Assembly (NCBI GenBank): GCA_002633005.1
Contig: NMRA01000682.1
Location: 94,543 to 158,542, forward strand
Reading direction: 5' to 3'
Source: Phoronis australis
Lineage: Eukaryota; Animalia; Phoronida
Length of the DNA: 64,000 bases
The notes beneath the pieces are model-generated. The model was not told the DNA's origin. It ran no database searches and saw nothing but the letters and a program-made list of their open reading frames with translations. Numbering within the stretch: the first letter of the stretch is position 1; every line of letters begins with the position of its first letter. Position numbers and translations under genes: made by a program. This document shows positions 63,355 through 64,000 of the stretch, one piece after another.

Positions 63355-63862
63355 ATAGAACTCTAGTCCTGGAATGCTAACACCCGCAGGTGACATACGT
63401 ATTCTTATTGGAGCCTGCAACCTTGAGACTAGACGCGAGAATTTGCACTGTGAATTTCCGCGTGTCTGCTCAACTGAACTATGATTGCTTATTGCACGTA
63501 AAGTTATTCATGTAATCAAGTCATAACTAATTTCATTCCGTAATTTTAATTTTGTTGCTTTTGTTCATCAAGCGAGACTCTTGAGGTACATTTAAAGACA
63601 ATCGGCCATTTCTCGGCAAAATTAGGCGACGAACCCGACAATAGAACTCTAACCCTGGAATGCAAACTCTCCCACGTGACCAATGTAATAATTCTATTCT
63701 TAGAGCTTGTGACACCGAGACTAGCCGTGAGAGTTTGAACTGTAAATTTCTAGTTGTCTGCTCATCTGAGATTTGATCGAGTGTTGTAGCTGTTAAGTCA
63801 AGCCTAATTTCATACCTTCGTTTTCATTTTGACACTTTTGTTCATCAAGCGAGACTCTTGAA
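63355..63862. repeat. Two diverged tandem units (~285-bp period); third copy at ~61328-61550
   Basis: Shared agaactcta..ctggaatgc, ttgtctgctc and ttca.caagcgagactctt. Confidence 0.8.
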
Positions 63863-64000
63863 GTTTGGTTCTCGACTGCCAGTTATTTCCCCGCAAAAAG
63901 TTCTTATTTAGTTAGATTACATGTTTTTAAATTATTTCATACGGCCTAAATACTCAAAAACTCCAAATATATATTGTTGAGACGCTTTAATGAGTAGTTT

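Overview
AT-rich, repeat-dense metazoan (probably marine invertebrate) genomic DNA with a 962-N assembly gap at 13080-14041. Almost all ORF-track entries are spurious or are transposon fragments. One host gene can be reconstructed by hand on the minus strand: a 10-exon, ~378-aa zona pellucida (ZP)-domain type I membrane protein (50297->20333). It has a signal peptide, ZP-N/ZP-C, a KRRRR furin site, a TM helix and an NPxY tail. It includes 22-nt and 19-nt microexons, and one junction where the expected GT donor reads CT. The rest is decayed mobile DNA: L1/Tx1-like and other LINEs, a HERO-like RLE retroposon split by a solo LTR and a second insert, Penelope-like fragments, an Academ-like relic, a THAP relic, MITEs and minisatellites. 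The most unusual structure is a 390-bp element (51675-52064) in which a tRNA-Ser(CGA)-like core is flanked by inverted arms that each carry a type I hammerhead ribozyme motif. Also notable are a perfect nested palindrome at the window start and a strong excess of TACATGTA, one instance of which looks like a later TA->TACATGTA change inside a TIR. All calls are by eye; no searches were run.
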